Source of the DNA: a virus
Taxonomy: Duplodnaviria; Caudoviricetes
Virus record (IMG/VR): IMGVR_UViG_2522125155_000001
Location: 1 to 64,000 of that record
Reading direction: 5' to 3' (one strand)
Length of the DNA: 64,000 bases
The notes under the pieces were generated by a model, which made no database searches, was not told the origin of the DNA, and was given only the letters and a program-made list of their open reading frames with translations. A program made the translations under genes and the position numbers. Shown one piece after another: positions 9,114 through 19,241 of this stretch. Each line of letters starts with the position of its first letter. Position 1 is the first letter of the stretch.

Positions 9114-9533
9114 GTGGCTGACGAGTGGAACAACATCGGCTGGACGTCCCAGAAGGGCGTCGTCACCTTTGACAACAGCGGGCTCGCGCCGTGGAAGATC
9201 CCCGCCGACATCCAGACCGTCAAGGTCACCGCCGAGTACCAGTCCGCCTCCGGTGGCCGGGCCCGAGGCTTCGTGCAGTTCCGCCCCATGGTCGACGTGC
9301 TCACACACCTCCCCACCAAGGCGAACATCATCAAGCCGAAGTGGACAGCCGCCATCGGTCAGGATGGACTCGCGATCCTGAACATCCCCGCGACCGACGC
9401 CACCGCGCTGAGCCCGAACCCCTTCGTGTACGAGGTGCTCGTCACGGTCAACTACCGGGTCGTCGAGCGCTTCACCTGCAGCCTCCCGGCTGCGACACCC
9501 GAGATCGACATCAACGACATCACCCGCAACTAG
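9114..9533 (+). CDS. Hypothetical beta-rich protein (possibly virion)
   Basis: GGAGG RBS, position after terminase. Confidence 0.7.
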   Translation: MADEWNNIGWTSQKGVVTFDNSGLAPWKIPADIQTVKVTAEYQSASGGRARGFVQFRPMVDVLTHLPTKANIIKPKWTAAIGQDGLAILNIPATDATALSPNPFVYEVLVTVNYRVVERFTCSLPAATPEIDINDITRN

Positions 9534-9541
9534 GAGCACCG

Positions 9542-9985
9542 ATGGCCACCAAGACCACCCGCACGTACCCCCTGAAGCACGTCGCCGTCGAGGGCGACAC
9601 CCCGCGCTCCGTCGCGCTGGCCAGCGACCTGCAGGACGCCGCCGTAGCCTTCCTCAACGAGGTGCCCCGCACCCACGAGTTTGCCGAGGGGGACGAGGTC
9701 TCGCTCGGTGCTGGCCGCGTCTACGACGGCGTCGTGTCCGTCGCCCGGGTCGAGAAGATCCTCTCCACCAAGAAGGCCACCGACGACAAGACCGTCGCGC
9801 TCATCCAGCACAACCTCGCCACGGCCGGTCTCCTGAAGGGCCGCTTCGTCACCGGCGACTACAACGACGAGACCGCCGACGCCCTGCGCCTCTGGCACGT
9901 CGCGCTCGGCCGCGAGAAGGACGGCCCGCTGGACCGCGTGGTGCTCTACGCCCTCGGTCGCGGCACCTTCAGCGTCGAGGACTAA
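9542..9985 (+). CDS. Protein with C-terminal peptidoglycan-binding-like domain
   Basis: VALIQHNL...TGDYNDETADALRLW resembles PG_binding_1. Confidence 0.6.
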   Translation: MATKTTRTYPLKHVAVEGDTPRSVALASDLQDAAVAFLNEVPRTHEFAEGDEVSLGAGRVYDGVVSVARVEKILSTKKATDDKTVALIQHNLATAGLLKGRFVTGDYNDETADALRLWHVALGREKDGPLDRVVLYALGRGTFSVED

Positions 9986-10054
9986 CAGTCCTCGGAACGC
10001 CTTCCATACCATATGAAAGACACCTCTTCCAGTCGTTCCAGCAAAGGACACCCC

Positions 10055-10459
10055 ATGTCGAGTAACCTTGCGCCCACCCCGGGGTACCCCGAGCGAGTCG
10101 GCACCGCCTACGAGGCGAAGATCGCCCCCGCCATCCCGGGCAACCGTGGCCCCCTCCGCTTCGAGGAGGGCATCGGCACCGACACCGACGTCCCCAACGA
10201 GTTCACCAAGGGTGCGATGCAGGGCTACCTGACCGCCCCGGGCCGTCCGAACCACAACGCCAACGTCTTCGAGAAGTTCCCCGAGGAGACCATGGCCGAG
10301 CGGGCCCACGTCGGCTCCGCTGCGTGGGTCGAGTCCCCGCAGTACCTCGGCGCGTTCGCCCACGGCACCAACACCGAGGTCGCCGCCCAGCGCTTCGAGC
10401 AGGACGTCCGCTCCGGTGGTCACTACGCCCGTCGCAGCCCGGCTGTCGTCACCGACTGA
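10055..10459 (+). CDS. Putative virion protein upstream of portal
   Basis: AAAGGA RBS; position in the head module. Confidence 0.75.
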   Translation: MSSNLAPTPGYPERVGTAYEAKIAPAIPGNRGPLRFEEGIGTDTDVPNEFTKGAMQGYLTAPGRPNHNANVFEKFPEETMAERAHVGSAAWVESPQYLGAFAHGTNTEVAAQRFEQDVRSGGHYARRSPAVVTD

Positions 10460-10468
10460 GCCGCTGCG

Positions 10469-10753
10469 ATGGTCGACTTCCACGACCGTCGCCGGGTAGC
10501 GCTCACCGCGCCCAAGGAGGCCCCCGACCTGCACTCAGGTTCGGGGGTCTTCCTGTCCCGGAAGGTCATCAACGACTGCTTCGTCATCTCCAGCGAGGCA
10601 GGGCCGCTCACCAAGGGCCAACGCATGTACGCCATCCACGAGGTGCTCCCCAGCGGCGAGACCGTCCGCCGCATGGACGGCTACCCCACCCCGTACGCCG
10701 CGAAGAGGGACGCCCGCGAGATGGAGCCCTCCTCGGTGCGCCCGCTGCGCTAA
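10469..10753 (+). CDS. Hypothetical protein
   Basis: ORF with typical codon usage. Confidence 0.65.
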   Translation: MVDFHDRRRVALTAPKEAPDLHSGSGVFLSRKVINDCFVISSEAGPLTKGQRMYAIHEVLPSGETVRRMDGYPTPYAAKRDAREMEPSSVRPLR

Positions 10754-10831
10754 CAGACGAACTCGGGCCAAAAGTAGACTCGAAGAGCGTCAACCGGACG
10801 CACCCAACCGCTTGTCAGAGACGGAGTACGG

Positions 10832-12562
10832 ATGTCGGCTATCTCGTTCGCGGCCCCCTCAGCGAGGGCGTCAGGGGCCGACCTCGCCGTCTCCATCTCG
10901 CCGCTCGGTCTCGTCGAACTGGCGGACGAGGAGTTCGAGGTCCACGGGCCTCGCCTCAACCGCTACGCCACCAACTGGGCGTGGTACCTCGGCCACCACT
11001 ACTCCGTCGCGAAGCCCGCCGGTGACAACAACCTGACGTTCAACTACGTCCGTGCGTTCTCCGACTACACGACCAACTTCTGCTTCGCTCGCGGCGTCGA
11101 GTTCACGACCTCGAAGATGTACCAGCACATCGTCCCCTCGCTCTACAAGCGCATCTGGGAGACGGACAACGACAAGATGGCCACCCTCATGGAGATCGGG
11201 CAGGGCGGCTCGGTCTCCGGCGACGTCTTCGTCAAGGTCGCCTACGAGGAGGCGTGGACCGACCCGGCCGGGCAGGTTCATCCCGGGCGTGTCTGCATCC
11301 TTCCGCTGAACCCCCAGCACTGCTTCCCCGAGTTCCACCCCCACGACCGCAACCGGCTCGTGCGCTTCAAGTTGAAGTACCGCTTCTGGAGCACGACGGC
11401 CGACGGCACGCGGCAGGTGTTCACCTACACCGAGGTGATGACCGACGAGGCCATCGAGGAGTACCTCAACGACGAGTTGATCGACTCGCGCCCGAACCCG
11501 CTGGGCCAGATCCCCATCGCCTTCACCCCGAACTTCCGCGTCTCCGGCTCGCCGTGGGGCCTGTCGGACATCGGCGACATCATCGGGCTCAACCGCGAGT
11601 TCAACGAGAAGGCGTCGGACATCTCCGACATCATCAACTACCACGCCGCTCCGGTCACGATCATCAAGGGCGCGAAGCCCGGGTCGCTGGAGAAGGGCGC
11701 GAACAAGGTCTGGGGCGGGCTGCCCAAGGACGCCGAGGTGCACAACCTCGAAGGCATGGGTGACCTCGCTGGCTCGATGGGCTTCTTGGAGACCCTGAAG
11801 CGGGCCATGCACGAGATGACCGGCGTGCCGGAGAGCGCGCTGGGGCAGATGCAGCCGATTTCCAACACCGCTGGAGTCGCCCTCGCAATCATGTTCCAGC
11901 CCATGATGCAGCGCTGGAACCACAAGAAGTTGACCTACGGCGCGCTGCTGAAGAAGATCAACCGGCTCGCGCTGGAGACGCTCTTCCTCATGGAGCCCAA
12001 CACGCTCTACTACGACCCGCAGACGGACGGCATCATCCAAGAGGGTCAGCCCGAGGCCATCGACCCGCGCGACCCCCTCGTCTTCGAGCACAACATCGAG
12101 TGGGCCCCGCCCCTGCCGGTCGACGCTCTCCTGAAGTTGCAGGAGATGCAGATGAAGATGGCCATGGGTCTGGAGTCGAAGCGCGGCGCGATCCGCGAAC
12201 TCGGCAACGCCTTCCCCGACGAGAAGCAGCAGGAGATCTTCGAGGAGATGGTCGCGGACGCCAAGTACGAAGGCGCTCTCGCTCTCCTGAAGGCCCAGTT
12301 CGCCTCGGCGATCACCGCCGCCACCGGCATGGTCCCGGGCGCGGACGGCTCGATGGAGCCCCTACCCCCCGCTCCTGCTCCGACCGGAGACAGTGGCTCG
12401 GAGGGTGCGCCTGCCCCCGGTCCGATGGCTGCCGCGCCCAACCCGCTGAACTCCATGGAGGCCGTCACGGCCGAGGGTCAGCAGCAGGCTCTGGCCGAGA
12501 TCGTGACGCAGGCCTACGGCACGCGCGCTGGCATGCGCAAGATGCCAACCGGATCGAACTGA
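10832..12562 (+). CDS. Portal protein (SPP1 gp6-like)
   Basis: 576 aa, PWGLSDI, SNTAGVALAI motifs, synteny. Confidence 0.9.
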   Translation: MSAISFAAPSARASGADLAVSISPLGLVELADEEFEVHGPRLNRYATNWAWYLGHHYSVAKPAGDNNLTFNYVRAFSDYTTNFCFARGVEFTTSKMYQHIVPSLYKRIWETDNDKMATLMEIGQGGSVSGDVFVKVAYEEAWTDPAGQVHPGRVCILPLNPQHCFPEFHPHDRNRLVRFKLKYRFWSTTADGTRQVFTYTEVMTDEAIEEYLNDELIDSRPNPLGQIPIAFTPNFRVSGSPWGLSDIGDIIGLNREFNEKASDISDIINYHAAPVTIIKGAKPGSLEKGANKVWGGLPKDAEVHNLEGMGDLAGSMGFLETLKRAMHEMTGVPESALGQMQPISNTAGVALAIMFQPMMQRWNHKKLTYGALLKKINRLALETLFLMEPNTLYYDPQTDGIIQEGQPEAIDPRDPLVFEHNIEWAPPLPVDALLKLQEMQMKMAMGLESKRGAIRELGNAFPDEKQQEIFEEMVADAKYEGALALLKAQFASAITAATGMVPGADGSMEPLPPAPAPTGDSGSEGAPAPGPMAAAPNPLNSMEAVTAEGQQQALAEIVTQAYGTRAGMRKMPTGSN

Positions 12563-12669
12563 CCAGATTACAAAAGTCGGTTCGGATGGTGCAAGCATAA
12601 AGACGTTGAAACTTTCGGTACGCCACCTGAGACACATTCGTAGAACCGGCTGAACACAGGAGATGTGAC

Positions 12670-13557
12670 ATGAGCAAGAACCTCGCCCGCCTCGCAGCGA
12701 TGGACCTTCGGGCCCCCGGTGCAATCGAGAACCTGATCGCCCTTCACCGAGCCAACTTCGGTACCGCGACCATGGAGATCGACCCCGCCGCCCCCCAGAT
12801 CCCCGCTGACTCGATCACGGTCAACGTCCCCGCGACGCCCCCGGCCCAGCCGCAGGGTTTCGACGAGGAGGCCTTCCTGAAGTCCCCCGCTGTCGCCGCG
12901 CTTCTCGCGTCGGTGCGCAAGGAGGAGAAGGACAAGTTGTACCCGACCATCGAGGGCCTGAAGACGCAGGTCGCCGACCTCACTGCTTCCAAGCAGGCCG
13001 AGATCGCCGCCGCTGCTGAGCAGGCTCGCAAGGACGCAGAGGAGCAGGCCCGCAAGACGTTCGAGGAGTCGACCGCCAAGGACCTCGTCGCGCAGACGCG
13101 CGCGGAGTTCGAGGCCAAGATGGCCGACCTTCAGCGCGAGCGTGACGAGGAGAAGGCCCTTCGCGAGAAGGAGTCCGCCTTCAACTCGCTCCGCGACTAC
13201 GCCCAGAGCAAGGTCAAGGCAGCCCTCGACGCCGGTTCCATCGCCCCCGAACTCGCCGGTCTCGTGACCGGCAACTCGGCCGAGGAGATCGACGCGAGCC
13301 TCGCGCAGATGCAGGCCACCACCGAGGCGCTCGTCGCCAACATGCAGCAGGCCGTCCAGCAGGTCCCCGCCGTTCCCGCCCCGCGTGGCGTCTCCCCCAC
13401 GGGATTCGCCGCTGGCAACGGACCGATGGAGCAGGTCGGCGGCACGCGGACCCTGTCCGCCGCTGACATCCAGAACATGTCCCTCGCCGAGTACGCGAAG
13501 TTGCGCCCCCAGTTGGGCACGGCGCGCGAGTCGGCACACCGAGGCCTCTTCGGCTGA
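12670..13557 (+). CDS. Capsid scaffolding protein
   Basis: Coiled-coil Ala/Glu-rich protein before the MCP; C-terminal MSLAEYAK. Confidence 0.8.
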   Translation: MSKNLARLAAMDLRAPGAIENLIALHRANFGTATMEIDPAAPQIPADSITVNVPATPPAQPQGFDEEAFLKSPAVAALLASVRKEEKDKLYPTIEGLKTQVADLTASKQAEIAAAAEQARKDAEEQARKTFEESTAKDLVAQTRAEFEAKMADLQRERDEEKALREKESAFNSLRDYAQSKVKAALDAGSIAPELAGLVTGNSAEEIDASLAQMQATTEALVANMQQAVQQVPAVPAPRGVSPTGFAAGNGPMEQVGGTRTLSAADIQNMSLAEYAKLRPQLGTARESAHRGLFG

Positions 13558-13629
13558 GGCACCCAGAAGTTTCAACCCACCACCGACGCGGGGCACTAGG
13601 CCCGTCCGCATAACCCGAAAGAGAACCCC

Positions 13630-14610
13630 ATGGCGAATGCAATCACGGGATCCAGCGCCCTCTCGGCCAGCCCGACCAACTACTCCGGCGCGAACTCGCA
13701 GTTGTCGCAGGCGATCCAGACCATCTGGTCCAAGGAGATCCTGTTTCAGGCGATGCCGATCCTCCGGTTCGAGCAGTTCGCGGTCAAGAAGACCGAACTC
13801 GGCGTTCAGCCCGGTCTGACGATCAACTTCATGCGCTACAACAACCTCGGTCAGGCCAGCCAGTTGGTCGAGGGTGTCCGCATGGAGACGAACGCGCTCT
13901 CCGCCACGCAGTTCAGCATCACCGTCGCGGAGCACGGCTACGCCGTCGCCGTCTCGGAACTCCTGCTCAACGCGTCGTTCGACGACATCATGGCGTCGGC
14001 GTCCCGCCTGCTCGGCCGCAACATGGCCACCTACCTCGACGTGTCGGCCCGTGACACCCTCCTCACGGCCTCCAGCACGATCTACGGCTACGACAAGTCC
14101 GGCCTGACGTTCGGTGCCAACAGCCCGTACGACCACGGCACGGCTGCCGCCAACCGCGCGGCGCTCACGGCGAACCACAAGTTCACCACGGCCACGGTCA
14201 AGGACGCCGTCGAGACCCTCGCGACGAAGAACACCCCGCGCTTGGGCGAGACGTACGTCTGCTTCATCCACCCGCACCAGTCGCGTCAGTTGCGTGACGA
14301 CCCGGAGTTCATCGAGGTCACGAAGTACGCCGCCCCCGGCAACTTCATGCTCGGTGAGATCGGCCGTCTCAACGACGTCGTCTTCATCGAGACGACCCAG
14401 ATCAAGCAGGTCGCCGGTACCGCCGGTCTGCCGGTCTACCAGTCGATCTTCCTCGGCGACAACGCCTTCGGCCACGCGATCTCGCTGCCGGTGGAACTCC
14501 GCGACGGCGGTATCCTCGACTTCGGTCGTGAGCACGCCCTCGCGTGGTACGCCATCTGGGGCCTCGGCCTCATCACGGACCAGTCGGTCCTGAAGGCCGA
14601 GACCGCCTGA
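13630..14610 (+). CDS. Major capsid protein (N4-gp56-like)
   Basis: HK97-type motifs YVCFIHPHQ, GEIGRL, DFGREHALAWY; strong codon bias. Confidence 0.92.
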   Translation: MANAITGSSALSASPTNYSGANSQLSQAIQTIWSKEILFQAMPILRFEQFAVKKTELGVQPGLTINFMRYNNLGQASQLVEGVRMETNALSATQFSITVAEHGYAVAVSELLLNASFDDIMASASRLLGRNMATYLDVSARDTLLTASSTIYGYDKSGLTFGANSPYDHGTAAANRAALTANHKFTTATVKDAVETLATKNTPRLGETYVCFIHPHQSRQLRDDPEFIEVTKYAAPGNFMLGEIGRLNDVVFIETTQIKQVAGTAGLPVYQSIFLGDNAFGHAISLPVELRDGGILDFGREHALAWYAIWGLGLITDQSVLKAETA

Positions 14611-14632
14611 TCAAAGGCCCTCGCGTCAACCG

Positions 14633-14662
14633 GAAGCCCCCAACCGCTTGGTTGGGGGCTTC
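14633..14662 (+). terminator. Terminator after capsid gene, overlapped by a dyad motif
   Basis: GAAGCCCCCAACC/GGTTGGGGGCTTC stem. Confidence 0.8.
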
Positions 14663-14736
14663 TGGCGTTCACATTCGAACCGGTTCCTCACCTAGCCTTG
14701 AAATGCACATCTCGTGACACGACATAGGAGAACCAC

Positions 14737-15078
14737 ATGGTCACCAACATCAACCCGCAGGACCTGACGGGTCGCAAGAAGGCCGAACTCGCCGCGACGC
14801 ATGCCGCCGAGCAGAAGGCTGCCGCGCAGCGCATGGCGACGATCACCGCCGAGGCCAAGGAGGTCAAGGAGGGCGTCATCGACGTCTCCGGCCCCAACTC
14901 CGTCGTGGTCGACGACGTGGAGGTCAAGGTCAAGAAGACCGAACTCCGCGTCAACACCCTGCTGGAGAACACGACCATCGGTCACGGCACCAACTACACG
15001 TTCGAGCCCGGCCAGAAGTACAAGGTCGAGCAGCACGTCTACGACTACCTCGACGAACTCGGCTTCGTCTGGCACTGA
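14737..15078 (+). CDS. Hypothetical virion-associated protein
   Basis: AGGAG RBS, synteny. Confidence 0.8.
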   Translation: MVTNINPQDLTGRKKAELAATHAAEQKAAAQRMATITAEAKEVKEGVIDVSGPNSVVVDDVEVKVKKTELRVNTLLENTTIGHGTNYTFEPGQKYKVEQHVYDYLDELGFVWH

Positions 15079-15111
15079 TCGTCCCTCCTAGGCACCCTGA
15101 AGGAGTGACCT

Positions 15112-15516
15112 GTGGCTCTGTCCCCTGACAGCACCCTCGCCGAGGTGATCGACACGATCACCAAGCGCGGTGCTACCACCTACCTCGGACTGCTCGTCGC
15201 CGACATCGGCAACACCGACACCATGGCGACGATGCAGGAGTACGTCGGCGCTGGCTACGCGCGCGTCGCTGTCACGTGGACAGTCCCGACCGCTCCCAAC
15301 GTGGGTGACCCCATCGTGTCGAGCAACGTCAACAGCGCGACGTTCACCTTCACGGCTGACGCCACCCAGACGGTGCTTCATGTCGTGCTGGTGACCGTCC
15401 TCGCGGGCACGACCGGCACCATCCGTCGTGTGTGGCCGGTGGCGACGCCGTTCACGCCCAAGGCTGGCGACACGTTCACGATCAACATCGGCGACCTCGT
15501 GCAGGGCGCTGCGTGA
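15112..15516 (+). CDS. Putative structural (fibre/decoration) protein
   Basis: GYARVAV...TFT...GDTFTI beta-rich pattern. Confidence 0.65.
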   Translation: MALSPDSTLAEVIDTITKRGATTYLGLLVADIGNTDTMATMQEYVGAGYARVAVTWTVPTAPNVGDPIVSSNVNSATFTFTADATQTVLHVVLVTVLAGTTGTIRRVWPVATPFTPKAGDTFTINIGDLVQGAA

Positions 15517-16337
15517 GCATCCTTACTGAGGCAGTGGCGAAGGTTCGTCGTGGACTGGGTGACTTCGGTCAGCCGTTCACGGCGACCTTCGTCGGCCTCG
15601 GCGCAGACAACGGACGCTGGGACCTCATCGAGACCCGCGTGACCTCTGCGACCGTGCTTCACCTTCGCGCGGGAGTGACGACTCCTCTCGTCGAGGGCAC
15701 CGACTTCACCGTCGACTCCGTCGATGGCACCCTCAACGTCCTGCGGGCCGACCTCCGGCCGCTCCCCGAGAACGACACCCTCATCGTCTCGGGTCAGAGC
15801 GCTGGCATGTTCGTCGACTCCGAGATCGAGGAGTACGTGCACGAGGCCTTCGTGCGCCACAGCAACTCCCGCAGCGTGCGCGAGCGCGTGCGCGACCAGA
15901 GCGGCTTCGTCAAGTACGTCGAGCGCCAGATGGAGATCGAGGACCTGCCCGAGGCAGAGGTCCCGCTCGTCGCCATGCTGGCCACCATCGAGGCCATGTG
16001 GGACCTGTCCACCGACGCGTCCCTCGACGTCGATGTGCACACGCCCGACGGCACGTCCGTCCCGCGCTCCCAGCGCTACGCGCAGATGCGCAACCAGATC
16101 CTCGTGCTGGAGGAGAGGTACAACGACCTCTGCGCCCAGTTGAACGTCGGCCTCCACCGCGTCGAGACCCTGAACCTGCGTCGCACCTCGCGACAGACGG
16201 GTCGCCTTGTGCCCGTGTGGGAGTCGCGTGAGTACGACGACAACACGCCCGCTCGCCGGATCCTGCCGCCGGTCGACAACCGCAACGCGGACGAGAGCGA
16301 CATCCCGTCCAGCATCAACGGCGGAGGGTTCTTCTAA
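15513..16337 (+). CDS. Head-tail adaptor/neck protein
   Basis: Synteny, GTGA coupling. Confidence 0.65.
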   Translation: MSILTEAVAKVRRGLGDFGQPFTATFVGLGADNGRWDLIETRVTSATVLHLRAGVTTPLVEGTDFTVDSVDGTLNVLRADLRPLPENDTLIVSGQSAGMFVDSEIEEYVHEAFVRHSNSRSVRERVRDQSGFVKYVERQMEIEDLPEAEVPLVAMLATIEAMWDLSTDASLDVDVHTPDGTSVPRSQRYAQMRNQILVLEERYNDLCAQLNVGLHRVETLNLRRTSRQTGRLVPVWESREYDDNTPARRILPPVDNRNADESDIPSSINGGGFF

Positions 16338-16339
16338 CC

Positions 16340-16906
16340 GTGCCCGCCAACGAGTGGGGCGCGCAGCCCTACATCCCGACGAACACCACCTCGGTGCCCA
16401 ACCGGCTGGACTTCCGGCGCGGTCGCTTCAGCATCGACTTCGAGACGAACCAGATCAACGGCGCGCTGCGCGGCTGGCAGACGGTGAACGGCGACTTCGT
16501 CGACTACTACCGCTTCTCTCGCGAGGACTCGCAGATGGACGACGTCTACGACGAGGGCACCGGTGGCGGCAAGGTCTACGTCGGGCCCATCGACCTCCCG
16601 TGCCTGCACGTGCTCCACACGCAGGGCGGTCGCGAGCAGCAGGACGGCGGGCTCTACTACAACGACGGGCTCCACGTCACCCTCAGCGTCGACTCGCTCG
16701 ACAAGGTGGGGCTCACCCGCACGGACGTCGAATCCCAGCGCTACCTGCTCGACCGGCTCGTCTACGACGGCAAGGTCTTCAAGGTCATCAAGGTCGACGT
16801 GCTCGGCCAGATCCAGCGCCGCGACCTCGTCTTCACCATCGACGCCGACCAAGTACGCCCGGACGAACTCGTCGGAGACAAGCAGTTCGAGCGCTTCTCG
16901 GCCTGA
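16340..16906 (+). CDS. Head closure/neck protein
   Basis: DRLVYDGKVFKV beta-barrel pattern, synteny. Confidence 0.65.
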   Translation: MPANEWGAQPYIPTNTTSVPNRLDFRRGRFSIDFETNQINGALRGWQTVNGDFVDYYRFSREDSQMDDVYDEGTGGGKVYVGPIDLPCLHVLHTQGGREQQDGGLYYNDGLHVTLSVDSLDKVGLTRTDVESQRYLLDRLVYDGKVFKVIKVDVLGQIQRRDLVFTIDADQVRPDELVGDKQFERFSA

Positions 16907-17076
16907 TTCCGGGGTTATCTTCCGAACCCGCCTGATCCGTATCCTTGGGAACAGCAGTTATCACAACTTCCCATACCGGTCAAGCGAGGCGTCGTGTCTG
17001 ATTTCCAGCATGTGCGCGCGAGTGTCGTAACCGACGCCGCGCGGTGCCGCCGTACCGGTATGGCGGGGAGCCTCTG

Positions 17077-17676
17077 ATGTGGCTCCGGAACGAAGATGCT
17101 GCGCTGAAGCGGAAGTTCGCAAGCATCACCGTCGAGGACGCCAACAGTGGCACCTCCGGTCGTGCCGTGACCGCCCGCTTCCTCACGCCTGAGATGGAAC
17201 TGGCGCAGTTGACCTACCCCTGCGTCCTCCTCTCCGCCCAGCAGATGGAGCGCGCCAGCGACCGCGAGCACCGTGGATCCGCCGCAGTGACCTACTACCC
17301 GGAGGGAAACCCTTCCGGGGACAGTGCTCGGTTGGACCCGGCGGTCGCGCCCAAGGTGGAGTTCCCGGTCCCCATGGACCTCATCTACCAGATCACGGTC
17401 ATGTCGCGGCGCATCGAGCACCGCATGCAGATCGTGAACACGCTGGCGCAGCAGGACTTCCTGCCCGCGCGCTTCGGCTACCTGACGGTCGACGAGGACT
17501 CCTCGGTCCGCAGCCTGTTCCTCGACGGCGGGCCCGAGTTCTCTAGCGCCATGGACAACGACGGGAAGCGCGTCTTCATGGCCCACTACGTCGTCCGCAT
17601 CCCCACCGAGATCCCGCCGGTCATCGCGCCGGAGAACGAGATCACCGAGGTCGTCCTCACGACCACGGGCCGGTAA
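17077..17676 (+). CDS. Tail terminator/completion protein
   Basis: YPCVLL and PVPMDLIYQI, position before the sheath. Confidence 0.7.
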   Translation: MWLRNEDAALKRKFASITVEDANSGTSGRAVTARFLTPEMELAQLTYPCVLLSAQQMERASDREHRGSAAVTYYPEGNPSGDSARLDPAVAPKVEFPVPMDLIYQITVMSRRIEHRMQIVNTLAQQDFLPARFGYLTVDEDSSVRSLFLDGGPEFSSAMDNDGKRVFMAHYVVRIPTEIPPVIAPENEITEVVLTTTGR

Positions 17677-17721
17677 GCACAACCGAACCCAACGCAACAA
17701 GCCCTTACCAAAGGAGACCCC

Positions 17722-19227
17722 ATGCCTTTCCCCAAGAGGCCCGGAATCACGATCAACGAGTCGCTCACGCCGCTCCCCAAGATCGACGCAACCTCCGGCC
17801 GTCCCTCGGCTGTCTTCGTCGGCCTCAACGCCGCCGGTGGCCCGGTCGACCCCACCGTCGTCTCCTCGTGGGCGGAGTTCAACCTCCTCTACGGCGGCTT
17901 CGGCGTCGGCGGTGACCTGCTCCCGTTCTCGGTCTTCGAGTACTTCAACAACGGCGGCGGCGCGGCCTACATCATCCGCGCGACGAACGCGAACGCTGCT
18001 GTCGCGACGAAGACGTTCGCCGACACCGAGGGTGCCCCCACCCAGACCCTGACGGTCTCCGCGAAGGCCCCGGGCCTCTACGGCAACTCGATCACGGTCG
18101 ACGTCACGGCGGGCTCGGCCGCGAACTCGGTCAGCGTCACGGTGACCAACACCAAGACCGGCATGACCGAGGTCTACAACGACGTCACCCTCGACCCGGT
18201 CGCCCCGCGCAACCTGCTCTCGATCATCAACGGCGCGTCCTCGCTCGTCACCGTCTCGGCCAACCTCCCGGCCGGTGCGTTCCTCCCGACGTACAACCCC
18301 GCGCTCGTCGCGGCTGTCAGCCTCGTCGGCGGCACCGACGGCACCGGCACCCCGGACCTCGTCGCGGCCACGCAGAAGATCGCCAACATCAGCGGCATCT
18401 TCGACATCAACCTCCCGGGGGTGAACGACGCGACGACGATCAACGCCCTCACCACGTGGGCCGCGACGCAGAACAACGTCTTCCTCGTCGTGGACGGCGT
18501 CAAGGGCAGCGCGACCGACACCGCCGCGCTCAACCAGACGGCCCAGTCGACGCTCGTGCAGGGCTTCACGCCCACGAGCACGGCTGCCGTCTACGGTCCG
18601 TGGCTGCAGGCCGTCGACCCCATCGGCGCTGTCGCGGGCTCCCCGCGCTTGCTGCCCCCGGGTGGCTTCGTCCTCGGCCAGTACGCCCGCACGGACGCCT
18701 CGCGGGGCGTGCAGAAGGTCGCCGCTGGCATCGACACGACGCTCAACGGCGTCATCGGTCCGCAGTTCCGCTACACCAGCGCTCAGCAGGACACGCTGGC
18801 CCCCATCGGCCTGAACATCATCAAGCCGATCCCGGGTGCGGGCACCTGCATCTTCGGCGCGCGGACGCTGTCCAACGGCATGCCGGACCGCTACGTCAAC
18901 ATCCGGCGCACGCTCATCGCCCTGAAGAACGGCCTGACGGAGATCACCCGCTTCGCCATCTTCGAGAACAACGACGACGACCTCCGCCAGCAGGTGCAGG
19001 ACATCTGCGAGCAGTACCTGCGCACCCAGTGGGCGTCCGGGATGCTCGCGGGCGAGACGGAGGACAACGCGTTCTTCGTCGTGTGCGACGACACCAACAA
19101 CACCCCCGCGACCATCGCGTCGGGTGCCGTGAACATCCAGATCGGTCTGGCCCTCCAGACCCCGGCGGAGTTCATCATCTTCAACATCGGCCAGACCGCC
19201 ACTGGCACGACCACGCAGACGGTCTGA
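17722..19227 (+). CDS. Tail sheath protein
   Basis: RPGI, YFNNGG, IFGARTL, RYVNIRR, FENND, PAEFI sheath motifs. Confidence 0.95.
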   Translation: MPFPKRPGITINESLTPLPKIDATSGRPSAVFVGLNAAGGPVDPTVVSSWAEFNLLYGGFGVGGDLLPFSVFEYFNNGGGAAYIIRATNANAAVATKTFADTEGAPTQTLTVSAKAPGLYGNSITVDVTAGSAANSVSVTVTNTKTGMTEVYNDVTLDPVAPRNLLSIINGASSLVTVSANLPAGAFLPTYNPALVAAVSLVGGTDGTGTPDLVAATQKIANISGIFDINLPGVNDATTINALTTWAATQNNVFLVVDGVKGSATDTAALNQTAQSTLVQGFTPTSTAAVYGPWLQAVDPIGAVAGSPRLLPPGGFVLGQYARTDASRGVQKVAAGIDTTLNGVIGPQFRYTSAQQDTLAPIGLNIIKPIPGAGTCIFGARTLSNGMPDRYVNIRRTLIALKNGLTEITRFAIFENNDDDLRQQVQDICEQYLRTQWASGMLAGETEDNAFFVVCDDTNNTPATIASGAVNIQIGLALQTPAEFIIFNIGQTATGTTTQTV

Positions 19228-19241
19228 GAGGTAGACATCAC

